A stretch of 64,000 nt of DNA from Nemertoderma westbladi (taxonomy: Eukaryota > Animalia > Xenacoelomorpha): contig JAUCBJ010000321.1 of assembly GCA_032718475.1 (NCBI GenBank), positions 1-64,000 of the forward strand. The letters run 5' to 3'. Below are positions 23,835 through 36,284 of the stretch, in pieces. Each line of letters opens with the position of its first letter. Position 1 is the first letter of the stretch. Both the position numbers and the translations under genes were made by a program. The notes beneath the pieces were generated by a model. It had not been told where the DNA came from. It searched no databases and was given only the letters and a program-made list of their open reading frames with translations.

Positions 23835-26722
23835 GGTAGGTGCTAATGATGCATGAGCAACAATGAGCAACAATGAGCAACAACGAGCAACAATGAGCAA
23901 CAACGAGCAACAATGAGCAACAATGAGCAACAACGAGCAACAACGAGCAACAATGAGCAACAACGAGCAACAATGAGCAATACTAAAGTACAACAATGAG
24001 CAACAATGACCAACAATGAGCAACAATGACCAACAACGAGCAAAAATGAGCAACAACGAGCAACAATGAGCAACAACGAGCAACAATGAGCAATAATAAA
24101 GTACAACAATGAGCAACAATGACCAACAATGAGCAACAATGACCAACAACGAGCAACAATGAACAATAATGACCAACAATGAGCAACAATGACCAACAAC
24201 GAACGAGCAACAATGAGCAACAACGAGCAACAATGAGCAACAACGAGCAACAATGAGCAACAACGAGCAACAATGAGCAACAACGAACAACAATGAGCAA
24301 TAATAAAGTACAACAATAAGCAACAATGACCAACAACGAGAAACAATGACCAACAACGAGCAACAATGAACAACAATGACCAACAATGAGCAACAATGAC
24401 CAACAACGAGCAACAATGAACAACAATGAGCAACAATGAGCAACAATGAGCAACAATGACCAACAACGAGCAACAATGAACAACAATGACCAACAATGAG
24501 CAACAATGACCAACAACGAGCAACAATGAACAACAATGAGCAACAATGACCAACAACGAGCAACAATGAGCAACAACGAGCAACAATGAGCAATAATAAA
24601 GTACAACAACGAGCAAAAATGAGCAACAATGACCAACAATGAGCAACAACGAGCAACAATGAGCAACAACGAGCAACAATGAGCAATAATAAAGTACAAC
24701 AATGAGCAACAATGACCAACAATGAGGAACAATGAGCAACAACGAGCAACAATGAGCAACAACGAGCAACAACGAGCAACAATGTGCAACAACGAGCAAC
24801 AATGAGCATTAATAAAGTACAACAATGAGCAACAATGACCAACAATGAGCAACAATTTAGAAATAGTAAGTTACAATAATGTATTTTATATTAATTATAT
24901 TAATTATTTGTAATTACAATATTAATTAATTATATATAAATATATAATATATATATTAATAGCATTCGTAAACTATGTACATCATTTTAGATAATCGGGC
25001 CTATCAAAAGTATCATTTTAGATGTTTTAGACAATGTGTGTAGTTGACTACTTGACTTCCAGGTTCTTCCAGGTCATACCAATACGATTCAAAGGAGGAA
25101 CTGGACTCCATGTGGATCCAGGGGAAGTCATTTTGACGTTGGTACTGTAAGTCTGTCATTTGAGGCGTAGGTCCTAATTCTAACATTGGCACAGTCACGA
25201 TTCGGGTACCTACAAATGTTATAGGTACAGAATACTACTGCCAGACTGTACTACATAAATTTTGTACTAAAAACTAACTGGGCAAAGTCTACGGAACAGA
25301 CCTTTTGCTAAATTGACAGAACCCGCTGACCGGACCCATTGCCATTTAAAGGCAGAAAGGAGCAGGCAGCAGATTAGTAAAGGACCGGATTACAGAGGCG
25401 TGTTCAGGTGTTGGCGTTGGTGGGAACCGAACCAAAACAATAAACGAAAGTTAAGACATGTTACAAGATTATGGGTCAGGTCACAAAAAGCTCAGGTAAT
25501 AAGGGTCCGGTCAATAATACACTAGTAAAATATAAATCAAATATAAATCTTCAACATATAAATAAAAATTTAATATACCTAAAGTAAATAACAAATCAAA
25601 TACAAAATAGGCTTGGCCTACCCCATCCCACAAGCTACAGTAGTCTGTAATATAGAACGCTAGGCAGACTTCAGGACTGCCAGGCAATCACGGTCACTGT
25701 CCAACTGTATAAAATACAAAATGAATGGGAGAATCTTTTAGGCTTGTTAAGCCAAGGAATGCCTGTTCACTACCATGGGTGATCTTCCACAGTAAACCCT
25801 TCCACTCTGTTTCCCAAGTTGCCTTGGTTCCAAAATAATAATACGAAAACCAGTTCACACTTCACAGTACCGTACATCAGACAGTCAGAACCAGATAATA
25901 GGTTGAGGTAAGTTTCACCGACACTACCCAAACAGAACAAGACTGATAGACTGAAATCAGGTAAACTGATAAATATTTGTAGGCCTACCGGTCCCGGTAT
26001 AGCAGTATTGTGCACCATCTTGATGACATTGCGGGTATGGAAGCATTTTTTATTAAGTTCTTGGTTGGGAATTTATTTCTCATATCATACTTATATATTC
26101 GGGATTACTGGAATACATTATACTGCATAAATATAATGAATGTATCTGTGTAATCTGTTTAGTGGTGTACTCTAGTTACTTTATTATAGTTACTGTTATT
26201 GTAGTTACTGCTACTTTATTGTAGTTATTTTTTTATCACTTTATTATTTTTGCTCATTGTTGCTCATCATTTTTTCTCGTTGTTGTACTTTATTATTGCT
26301 CGTTGTTGCTCATTGTTGCTCATTGTTGCTCGTTGTTGCTTATTGTTGCTCATTGTTGCTCGTTATTGGTCATTGTTGCTCATTGTTGTACTTTATTATT
26401 GCTCATTGTTGATCGTTGTTGCTCATCGTTGCTCATTGTTGCTCATTGTTGCTCGTTGTTGCTCATTGTTCCTCATTGTTGCTCATTGTTACTCATCGTT
26501 GTTGTACTTTATTATTGCTCATTGTTGCTCGTTGTTGCTCATTGCTGCTCATTGTTGCTCGTTGTTGCTCATTGTTGCTCATTGTTGCTCGTTGTTGCTC
26601 ATTGTTGCTCGTTGTTGCTCGTTGTTGGTCGTTGTTGCTCGTTGTTGCTCATTGTTGCTCGTTGTTGCTCATTGTTGCTCGTTGTTGGTCCTTGTTGCTC
26701 GTTGTGCATTTTAGCACCTACC
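23835..26722. mobile_element. Foldback-like element with inverted arms made of 10-bp repeats
   Basis: Termini ggtaggtgctaa / ttagcacctacc; (gagcaacaat/c)n at 23853-24856 and its complement at 26250-26707. Confidence 0.8.
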
Positions 26723-27026
26723 CCCCCCCCCCGCATCGCATTATGCAAGTTGACACATCAATTACATTAATATCTACATCCAACCTACATTCACCCTTAC
26801 ACGTACACGTGCCACTACATGTAGGCTACCGCTACCGCCACACCAACCTAGCAAGAATGCATACATACCCCTGCCCTGTGTGCCCTGTTAATTGGACAAA
26901 TTGTGACCAGTGTTCCTGACTGAATTATCGGTAACTAGGCGTAGGCCTACTCTGCTGTACTACAGTACTGCATACTGTGCTACTGCTGTACTGTTCTGAA
27001 TTGTTTTTAATAAAAATAGATCCTAC

Positions 27027-28034
27027 TTGATTGCAGGATTGATGGCTTTAGAACAGATATCTGTAAGCGATTCCATTAACTTGCAGCCACTGCTGAATCA
27101 GTACGAATCTACTTACATCGCATCTATAAGTATTCCGGGAGATATGAATATAAAGGAGCCAATTACCACTAATGTAACCACGCCAAACACAAAATATCCA
27201 TCGAGAATTCAGGTAGAATTAACCGCGACAAATATGGTAGAATTAACTACACCAAATATAGTAGAATTAACCGCGACAAATATGGTAGAATTAACTACAC
27301 CAAATATAGTAGAATTAACAACGCCGAGTTTGATAGAATTAACAACGCCAAATATGGTACCGATAGAATTAACGACGCCAAATATGGTACCGATAGAATT
27401 AACGACGCCAAATATGGTACCGATAGAATTAACGAAACCAAATATAGTAGAACAAGAAGTACCCAATGCTGGCAATCTGATGAAATCCTCCCATAGCAGT
27501 CGCGTTACCTGTAGGCCTACCGGTACTGGGAAACGGAGACATTCGTGTTTAATCATCGATAAACCTACAACTATATCGAATATTTCTATGCGAAGCCAAC
27601 TAAAAGAAACTTCGTCAATAACAGCAGCTTTAGATTTAACCCCTCCTACCAAGAGATTAATTTATTGGAATGACTTTGGGAGGGTAGAGAGATTGTTTGC
27701 GGAACCGGGACGACAGCCCAGCTTAGCCTCACACCAACGCAGCTATTCCCGCAACTTGCACAACATTATTCCATCCGAACTTAAAGACAAGGAGGACCGA
27801 GAGAGAGACAATGAGAAAGAATTCCGTCGACAACAATCACTTCAGGTTGAGAGAATTAATAATTCCCTAGTCCATGTTGTCAGGAATCCCCAAATGCAGA
27901 CACTTCCAATAATTGGATTCAATGCCATCGATTTGGCTAACCAAGATAGTATATATATCTTAGAAGAACAAGATAACTCGGGTGAGGGAGAAGCAATAGA
28001 CTTTGATTACACCCATCAATCTGGTTTGGATTAA
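27027..28034 (+). CDS. Uncharacterised ORF/exon with 8-10 aa repeats (MVPIELTTPN)
   Basis: 335 open codons in AT-rich DNA; possible acceptor ttgcag| at 27037; no family recognised. Confidence 0.45.
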   Translation: MIAGLMALEQISVSDSINLQPLLNQYESTYIASISIPGDMNIKEPITTNVTTPNTKYPSRIQVELTATNMVELTTPNIVELTATNMVELTTPNIVELTTPSLIELTTPNMVPIELTTPNMVPIELTTPNMVPIELTKPNIVEQEVPNAGNLMKSSHSSRVTCRPTGTGKRRHSCLIIDKPTTISNISMRSQLKETSSITAALDLTPPTKRLIYWNDFGRVERLFAEPGRQPSLASHQRSYSRNLHNIIPSELKDKEDRERDNEKEFRRQQSLQVERINNSLVHVVRNPQMQTLPIIGFNAIDLANQDSIYILEEQDNSGEGEAIDFDYTHQSGLD

Positions 28035-28477
28035 ATCAGTTAGCCACTACTGTGGTTTGTGGCGCAACATCCTTAAATGTATGTGGAACATCTGCAATGT
28101 ATATAATGGCTGTTAGCCTACACTGTTTGTACGCCGTTTGTTTTATTACTATCAGTTTCATTTCGGTCACGTTTACATACCTAACGTACCCGTATTATAG
28201 AAACAAACATGATGTGTTTCATGGTAACTTGTTCAATTATATGCTAATGTAATTGTCTGGACTTGAGAACATTATTGGAGTGCCTGCTAGAGTGCTCGAA
28301 ACATTATTATTATTAATATCCGACAAGTATTGAACTATTATACTATTACGACCCATTTATTTAGCATTATTATTTGCAGACTTCTATTATTTCTATAAAC
28401 GAGTTTTACACGAAATACTCAAATTTACACCGAGGTACCATAAATGGACCATTAATAGTTTTTTCCATCTTGTATAA

Positions 28478-29136
28478 TACAACTTTGTATATTCCGAGCA
28501 CAACTTAGTATATTCGGAGCACAACTTAGTATATTCGGAGCACAACTTAGTATATTCGGAGCACAACTTAGTATATTCGGAGCACAACTTAGTATATTCC
28601 GAGCACAACTTAGTATATTCGGAGCACAACTTAGTATATTCCGAGCACAACTTAGTATATTCGGAGCACAACTTAGTATATTCGGAGCACAACTTAGTAT
28701 ATTCGGAGCACAACTTAGTATATTCCGAGCACAACTTAGTATATTCGGAGCACAACTTAGTATATTCCGAGCACAACTTAGTATATTCGGAGCACAACTT
28801 AGTATATTCGGAGCACAACTTAGTATATTCCGAGCACAACTTAGTATATTCGGAGCACAACTTAGTATATTCGGAGCACAACTTAGTATATTCCGAGCAC
28901 AACTTAGTATATTCGGAGCACAACTTAGTATATTCCGAGCACAACTTAGTATATTCCGAGCACAACTTAGTATATTCCGAGCACAACTTAGTATATTCCG
29001 AGCACAACTTAGTATATTCCGAGCACAACTTAGTATATTCCGAGCACAACTTAGTATATTCCGAGCACAACTTAGTATATTCGGAGCACAACTTAGTATA
29101 TTCGGAGCACAACTTAGTATATTCGGAGCACAACTT
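28478..29136. repeat. 21-bp minisatellite (cacaacttagtatattcSgag)n, ~31 copies
   Basis: Direct reading; two variants, ccgag and cggag. Confidence 0.97.
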
Positions 29137-29944
29137 ACGTGCTTATGTTTAATTTTAATTAGTCAAATTATTCAAAACAATTTGTGTGGAATTTCCAAAA
29201 TTGTATCCCATTCAATTTATGTCACAGAAAACTGAAATAGTGATACAGTGTAGTGTGGCAGTAAGGTAAATAACAAGTGTTGCGCACAACGTACGAATAA
29301 AAATATTTTATTTGAACAGTCTGCTTTTTCTCGCTAATATTTTTAAGAATGAGTGAATTAATCAAACATTTTTCAAAAAATTCAAAATTAAAAAGATATT
29401 TGTTTTACTAATTTATCTGAAAATTAGATTCAAAATTAGTTAAAAATAATTATTTATTACATAGGAAAAAAGTAGTACTTTTTTTCACTATTCTTGAGGC
29501 ATTTAATTTACCGAGCGCCACCGAGGTTAATAAAGGGTCGAAAGACGTTACGTTTTTTTTCTCATGTAATACGTAATTTTTATTCTTAAAATTCCTCACT
29601 TGGAGATGTTAAGAATAAATAACAAAAAACAATGTCATGAAAACGAGCGTTACATGGTGGACAAAATCCTAGTGACGGCGTAACTAATTGTTAGTAAATA
29701 GAATATATGTCCGACCTGACGGTTTATCAGTCAGTCTTTCTGACAGAGTGGTAGACTGTAGAACTGCAAAGTTTCCCATGTAAATTATTTTTTAAACTAT
29801 TGACAGACTTCGTGTGCAAAGAATATATTTCATCAAGAATTGAGTTACTGGTATTAACGTCCAAATATAATTCGGTACTCCAGAACGACTTGCTAATTAA
29901 TGATAAAAATTAAGTTATTGATCAACATGTGAAACACGAATATC

Positions 29945-30240
29945 AAAGGCACCCCGAAGACTCGTCTCTCTTGGCTGTTACCTATAATTCCGGGCGAGGG
30001 TGCCACAACTCCCAAGGATTAACTCTCGATAGCTGTCTTTAATCCCCAAGGTTCCCAGGTGAAGCCAGGTTCCCATTTCACCGCTGGGTTTGCGTATGGT
30101 AAGCAATAATAATATCTGAAGTGTCTAGTTTAGAGATTCAACGAAATTTCTGCAGCATTTAATCGAATTTGTACCTTCGCCGCCAAACACTGTCCTGAAA
30201 GAAGGTCATGCGCTGTATCCAATCGGACTGCGACAACATG
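29945..30240 (-). mobile_element. Degenerate tRNA-derived SINE candidate
   Basis: Minus strand: A-box-like gcagtccgattggatacagcgc, B-box-like aaattcgatt, then cccagcggtgaaatgggaacc resembling conserved SINE central-domain motifs. Confidence 0.4.
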
Positions 30241-30624
30241 ATTAATTGTACCCCTACCCCTGTATACGACATTATACGACTTACTTCGTGGCTCGCCCCT
30301 CGTGTGTTATGTTCATGCAGTACAGTAATAGTGCTATACCAAAGGCATCCTACTTGAAGACTCATTTACTACTGTAGCTCTATACCTTGTATGATACATT
30401 GGTACATACGTACAGTACCGGTACTTTGATCATTGTAATGCACTTACTAAGATACTGCATATTCAAGTTACTGTACAGAATATTCAAATTATCCAATTTG
30501 AATTAACCACAAAAAATTGATGCAAATTAAGGGAAAGGAGCAGGTTACAGTGGCGCGTTAATCTAACTAACCAAAACAATAAATGAAGGTCAGTACAGTA
30601 TAACAGATTACAGTACAGTTTTAT

Positions 30625-31877
30625 TTGATGATGGGGTGATGATAACTCCACCTACTGGCTCCAGAAGTCGAGGAAATCCTGCCAAGTACCTAACTGATCT
30701 AGACGTTGCTGATGACTTAGGAGTACTCTCAGAATCACTAGAGGGAGCCCAACGGCTCCTCAGCTCATTAGAACATGCTGCTTCTAGTGTTGGTCTTTTT
30801 ATTAACTCCAGAAAGACCAAAATTTGACAGTTAACTTTGAAAGTCATCAGCAAGTCTCTGATCGGATGAGCATAAGCTCAAAGGATGGTATGCTTGAGCA
30901 TGTGGACGACTTCTGTTACCTGGTATCATGGATCCGGAAGTCTGGTGAGGACCTTCGAATACGTAAGGCAAAGGCATGGGCAGCCTTGGATAGGCTTTCC
31001 AGGATTTAGAAGTCACCGAGAATTAATCGGAAACTTAAGGTTCGATTATTTAGAGCAGCAGTAGTTCCAGTACTCCTCTATGGGAGTCCATGCTGGGCTC
31101 TAACTGCTGATGACACCAAATCTCTGGATGGCACATTCACAAGAATGCTACGCCGGGTTCATCGCCGAGTACAATGCACACATCCATTTGAAAGTCATCA
31201 GCAAGTCTCTGATCGGATGAGCATAAGCTCAAAGGATGGTATGCTTGAGCATGTGGACGACTTCTGTTACCTGGTATCATGGATCCGGAAGTCTGGTGAG
31301 GACCTTCGAATACGTAAGGCAAAGGCATGGGCAGCCTTGGATAGGCTTTCCAGGATTTAGAAGTCACCGAGAATTAATCGGAAACTTAAGGTTCGATTAT
31401 TTAGAGCAGCAGTAGTTCCAGTACTCCTCTATGGGAGTCCATGCTGGGCTCTAACTGCTGATGACACCAAATCTCTGGATGGCACATTCACAAGAATGCT
31501 ACGCCGGGTTCATCGCCGAGTACAATGCACACATCTCCAACCAGACACTATATAACATTGGAGGTGTCTCATTGGTTCCATACCAAGCTTGACACAAGAA
31601 CAAAATCGCCTCCGCTTTGCAGGACATTGCTTTCGCCGTGGAGACCAGCCAGTGCATAATCTTGTACTTTGGCAGCCTCATGGAGTGAATAAGCATGGTG
31701 GACAGCCCATGACTTTCTTGAGACGCATCTTAAAGGACACTGGCCTTGAAAATTCGGATAATCTAGTAAATGTCATGGGTGATAGGGAGTTGTGGCGGCG
31801 CAATTTTGTCGACAAGCAGGTACAGCATTCTTAAAAATGCAGCTGCAATGCAGCATGCCGATCCTAGTAGTAGTAGT
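30625..31877 (+). mobile_element. 5'-truncated RTE-like LINE with internal 351-bp tandem duplication
   Basis: RT C-terminal motifs DLDVADD, VDDFCYL, KVRLFRAAV..VLLYGS..W, RLRFAGHCFR; tail gccgatcctagtagtagtag. Confidence 0.9.
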
Positions 31878-33365
31878 CGGAAATAAAAAGCGGGCCCGGA
31901 GCAACGTACAGTAATTGTGGAAAATCCGGGAGGCCCCCTTTATATTTTATGTGAAATAATTACTTGAATTACTTACACCAATTGTCAAAAAACTGTTTTA
32001 TTAACATTGGAGTGAAGGGGATGTCCCTTCCCTGCTTTGCGCCCTCACTCAACTCGGCTATCCGAGTCAGTTGTCAGCTTGATATGCAGGAAGCCAGATT
32101 TCAGATAACCAATAGACTTATAGAATCAACTCATCTTTACATCAAACTGGTCCACCAATTGTTAAATTATTTTAATGTTCTGGAATGAATATTTACGAAG
32201 TTGTCTCGTTTTAATCAACATGAAGGGATCCGAATAACAAGGTGATGGTTTAACTACTGTAGTCTAAGTTAAGAAAATTGCCCAGGGGGCCATTTCCGGG
32301 CCTCCTGGGCATCTCCCGGGCCCGGAGATTTTGCCCCCCTCCTCTCGGGAGCGCTGCCCCCCCCCCCCCCCCCCCCTCCCCACTATCTGCCAAAAATATA
32401 TAAAGCAACGTGTCTTTCTATTATTTGAATTTCATTGGCTATGGAGTAGTATGGAACCTTTTAGGATGATCTACCTATGGATGGAGGGAAATTTGAAAAA
32501 GTAGGTAAAGAGCTAAATCACTCCTACCATAATATAGTGATACAGCTGGATAGGCCTAGCAGCCCTGCAGTCTCAGAATCTCTAGCCTAGCATACATACA
32601 CTAGTACACATAACTACAGACGAGGACCGGTATGTTTTCATATCTATATTTACCACACATCCATACATCTGATCTATGTACAATTTGTTATTTATAAAAT
32701 ATACAATTTTATTATACAATATACAATTTTGTTATAAAATATACAATTTTATTATACAATATACAATTTGGTTCTACTTCATGTCAGATAGGGAGTGGGG
32801 GGGGGGGGGGGGGGGGGGGCTGGTCTCAATAAAAATTCATCCCTCACCAGGGGAAATTCGACGCAAATAATAGCTGTTTACTCTCAAAAATAAAACTGTA
32901 ACCTGTTCTATTGTAGGTATTTAGTTTATTGTTTTGGTTAAAATAACGTGCCACTCTAACCTGCTCCTTTTCCTAAATTGAGAATTTAACATTGAGGCGG
33001 GATATTAATTCGCCAAGATGGGATTTGCGTCCAGTCACCCCCTCCCCTGTCTCACATCAGTACTGGCACATTTAACCAAAACAATATAGGCCCTACTAAA
33101 CTTTACTTGTTGATATGCGACCAATTTGCGGTGGAGAACACTTTTTAGTCAATGTGCGCCACTATTCGCGTTATATGAATTTCAGTGTTTGACAGAGGAC
33201 ATAGATACAAAGATTACAGTATTTATTTATAATAATATTATAATTTTTTCTTATAATACACAGCAGTAATTATTGATTTATTATTGTAATATTATGTTGA
33301 CTGCGTACCACCGGTACCTCAGCGCTCGGTTGATGATGCACTGATACAGTTTGCTAGTTTTGGAT

Positions 33366-34061
33366 ATGACTTACAACGCTTTTGTCGCCAGTCGTAAAAC
33401 ATGGTTGGGGTCCGTACTAAACAACGGAATGGGCCGATATGTTCCGCAGTGTTCTAGAATAACTTTACGATTCAGTCAGAACGGCGGTGGTAGTAAAGGA
33501 ATTCGTGATTACATACAGAACGAAATGGTTGAGTTTGCTAAAGCGAATCCTTCTATTGTGGTTTATCTAGACCCCCGGTTTACCCACTGTCCCCTAATAA
33601 TCGGGGAATTTATGAACGGCACGACAAGAGAAATACTCGCTAATAAGTTTACACTCAAACACGTTGCAGAAACGCTTTACTTAATGCGAGGGATGTCTGG
33701 ACTAGAAGTTCTACGAACAATTAAACCTAATCGATCAAACTCCCCGTCTATACAGGGACAGTGGCATCCGTTCGCGTGGCTACCGGTACCGGGGGGGCGG
33801 GCTGACTGGCCGGAGTTGGATGTCGGCCCGTCCCGCTCCGTGGAACGAGTTGGGATATCTCCGGACCACCTCGGGGCTGCAGTAGAGACCCCGCTTCGCT
33901 CCAATCCCGAGAACGTCTCCAAGGGATCCAGGGATCGCAGTAGGGATTGGGATCCGGCCAGTAGAGATCCAGATTATGCCGTTAATGTGATTCACACAAA
34001 GAGGACGACAGACACGAAACAGTATTGGAGGAAAATAGGAAAGACAAAGAGGATGAAGTAA
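33366..34061 (+). CDS. MRPL43: Mitochondrial ribosomal protein L43 (mL43), intronless
   Basis: NGMGRYVPQCSRITLRFS..GGGSKGIRDYI...FAKANPSIVVY...GEFMNG...PSIQGQWHPF; ATG at 33366. Confidence 0.93.
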   Translation: MTYNAFVASRKTWLGSVLNNGMGRYVPQCSRITLRFSQNGGGSKGIRDYIQNEMVEFAKANPSIVVYLDPRFTHCPLIIGEFMNGTTREILANKFTLKHVAETLYLMRGMSGLEVLRTIKPNRSNSPSIQGQWHPFAWLPVPGGRADWPELDVGPSRSVERVGISPDHLGAAVETPLRSNPENVSKGSRDRSRDWDPASRDPDYAVNVIHTKRTTDTKQYWRKIGKTKRMK

Positions 34062-35694
34062 TGTACCAGTAGTCTCGATTTCCTAACTTTATTTGTAGTA
34101 ACTCAATGAAACCATAGTCCACTGTATGTTGCAATTATGCGCTTCATACAATTATTTACATGAGATGAACTTTTATAGTATTGTTGTAAATATGATTTCT
34201 CTGGTTCTTCACAATCGAATTTACAAACTGAATATATAAAACTTGAAAATTTATAGGTACCGGTCTCATATTCTTCGACCGCTGTTTTCAATGTTGATAG
34301 CCAAGCAATATTTTTTGTGAACCTGAAATTTTGGCCATATAATTTAATCGCAAAATCCTAAATATTGAAAAACATTAATTTTCAAATTCTAAGAGATCTG
34401 AGTCGTTATATTTTTGTCGCAATTACGACAAGCAAGCCCCATTCGCTGTCGAACCAAACCCCTTTAGAGGCCTGTGGTACGTTTAATCTCTATCGAAGTA
34501 AAAATCTACAAAGTAAATTAACTAAAATAACTATTTATTTACATCAAATTGTGTGAAATGTGACACTTTTTGACCCGAGAGTATTTATGTACCAGGTGAG
34601 CGCAGCGAGGGATGTTTACATAAATAAATAAGGGTCGATCAAGGCAGAATAGTGACCTTTTCATACAATTACGTGTGTTTGTGTGTTCGAAGTATTATAA
34701 TTCAATTCCATCGCTTCCTCAGAGTATATAGGGTGCATTCACAAAGGTGTTAGGCCCGGGTCACACATGAGCTTTCAACTTTCGGATAACTAAGTCCCGG
34801 TTCACACATAAACATTCAACTTTCAGCTCATAAAAATTATTGTATATATTGCTTAGACCAGATATAAAGGGTTGAACAATATTCAGTTGGCAGTTATAAA
34901 AATCTGTATTGTTTTCTATATTATAAGTGTTTTTTATTTTATCTAAAGTGATAATTTTTAATATGGATAACTAAATCGATGACGTAATATTAGCATAATT
35001 CTGCCTTACATAGGCGGCGAAATAAACGCCGATATTGGGTTGAACTGATCAATCAAAAAAGGTTGTTGTACTGCGTTATCGAAAAACTTTATCAAGATTT
35101 GCGGGCAGATGTTATAAAAGAAATAAAGGGAATTTTTTAATTACATATACGAGAATGTCAATTTCATCCTTTGATGAATTACTCTCATCTATAGAACCCC
35201 ATATATAGAGAGAGATACCAACTGAAGGAAGTTTATACCGGGCAATGCAAGACTTCTAACTTTAAAGGTAATACCTATTTACATACTTTGTGTGTAAAGT
35301 AGCACTTTACAGTGTGATGATCCGAGTGCTGTAACACGAACGAATGTAGTGAGTGAGTGAATGGAAATAAAGCCACGAGGATCAGAACACTTTAAAGTAC
35401 TTTGCAACAAGTATGCATGTTGTTTTATTCCAAAATTTTAACATTACGAAATGATTGTACATATACATTATAAGTGATAGAAACTGCACAAATTAAATTA
35501 GTTTCTGTATAAAATAAATGTAAAAATGACATAAATTATGTTATGAATAAGTTAGCTTATATTTATGGTGGCGTTTGGAGCCATGTTATAATAATATAGC
35601 TAGGCCCAACTGGTTATTAATAGCTATACCCCGCCTACCGGTAGGTAATGCAGTAGGCCTATCTGGCTGTCAGGCAAATTTCTACCTATTGTTT

Positions 35695-35770
35695 ACGTGG
35701 TAACCAATGACGGCGTTAAGTAATGTCCCCTTAGTGGACATTACTTAACGGCGTCATTGGTTACCACGTT
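35695..35770. repeat. Near-perfect 76-nt hairpin
   Basis: acgtggtaaccaatgacggcgttaagtaatgtcc ... ggacattacttaacggcgtcattggttaccacgt. Confidence 0.85.
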
Positions 35771-36284
35771 ACCAATAACACCAAATACAATACTAAATGT
35801 ACAGGCCAATACAATGCTGTAATGTCCTCTAAAGTTGTAAAGTTGTAAATAACAACTCGCTGTTAATACTAACGGCGTTGAGGAATGTTACAATTTTGGA
35901 ATAAAGTATATAACATAAATCGTATATACTGTAGCTGCTATAATTTATAAACATTACTTACTTCTGATTGGTTGTCAATGCTGGGAATGCCAGCTTTCAA
36001 CTTTCAACTTTAAGAAAGATAGAACATAGGACGGGTGCATTTTGAAAGTCCCCATAGGCTACAATATGTTATATCTTTTAGTTGAAAGTTGAAAATTGAA
36101 ATTGGTGTGATAATATGGTTTATTTATTAAATAGAATAAAATAGCCTCGCACAGTTGCAAAACCATGTAACTTTTGAACGCCTGTATCTCAGATATTTTA
36201 CGACGAAATTCAGATTGTGTTACATATTTGGAATCCTTGCACGGCACGGTCAGGTATTCTAGGTCATTGATCAAGAAAATTTGC

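Noticed and set aside
23455-26919. Long LLLIVAHCCS-type ORFs
   Set aside because: Translations of the 10-bp repeat arms, open in several frames
28393-29133. 246-aa (CSEYTKL)n ORF
   Set aside because: Translation of a 21-bp satellite
23207-29530. piggyBac-like element between ttaaccc and gaggttaa
   Set aside because: The ends do not form matching inverted repeats
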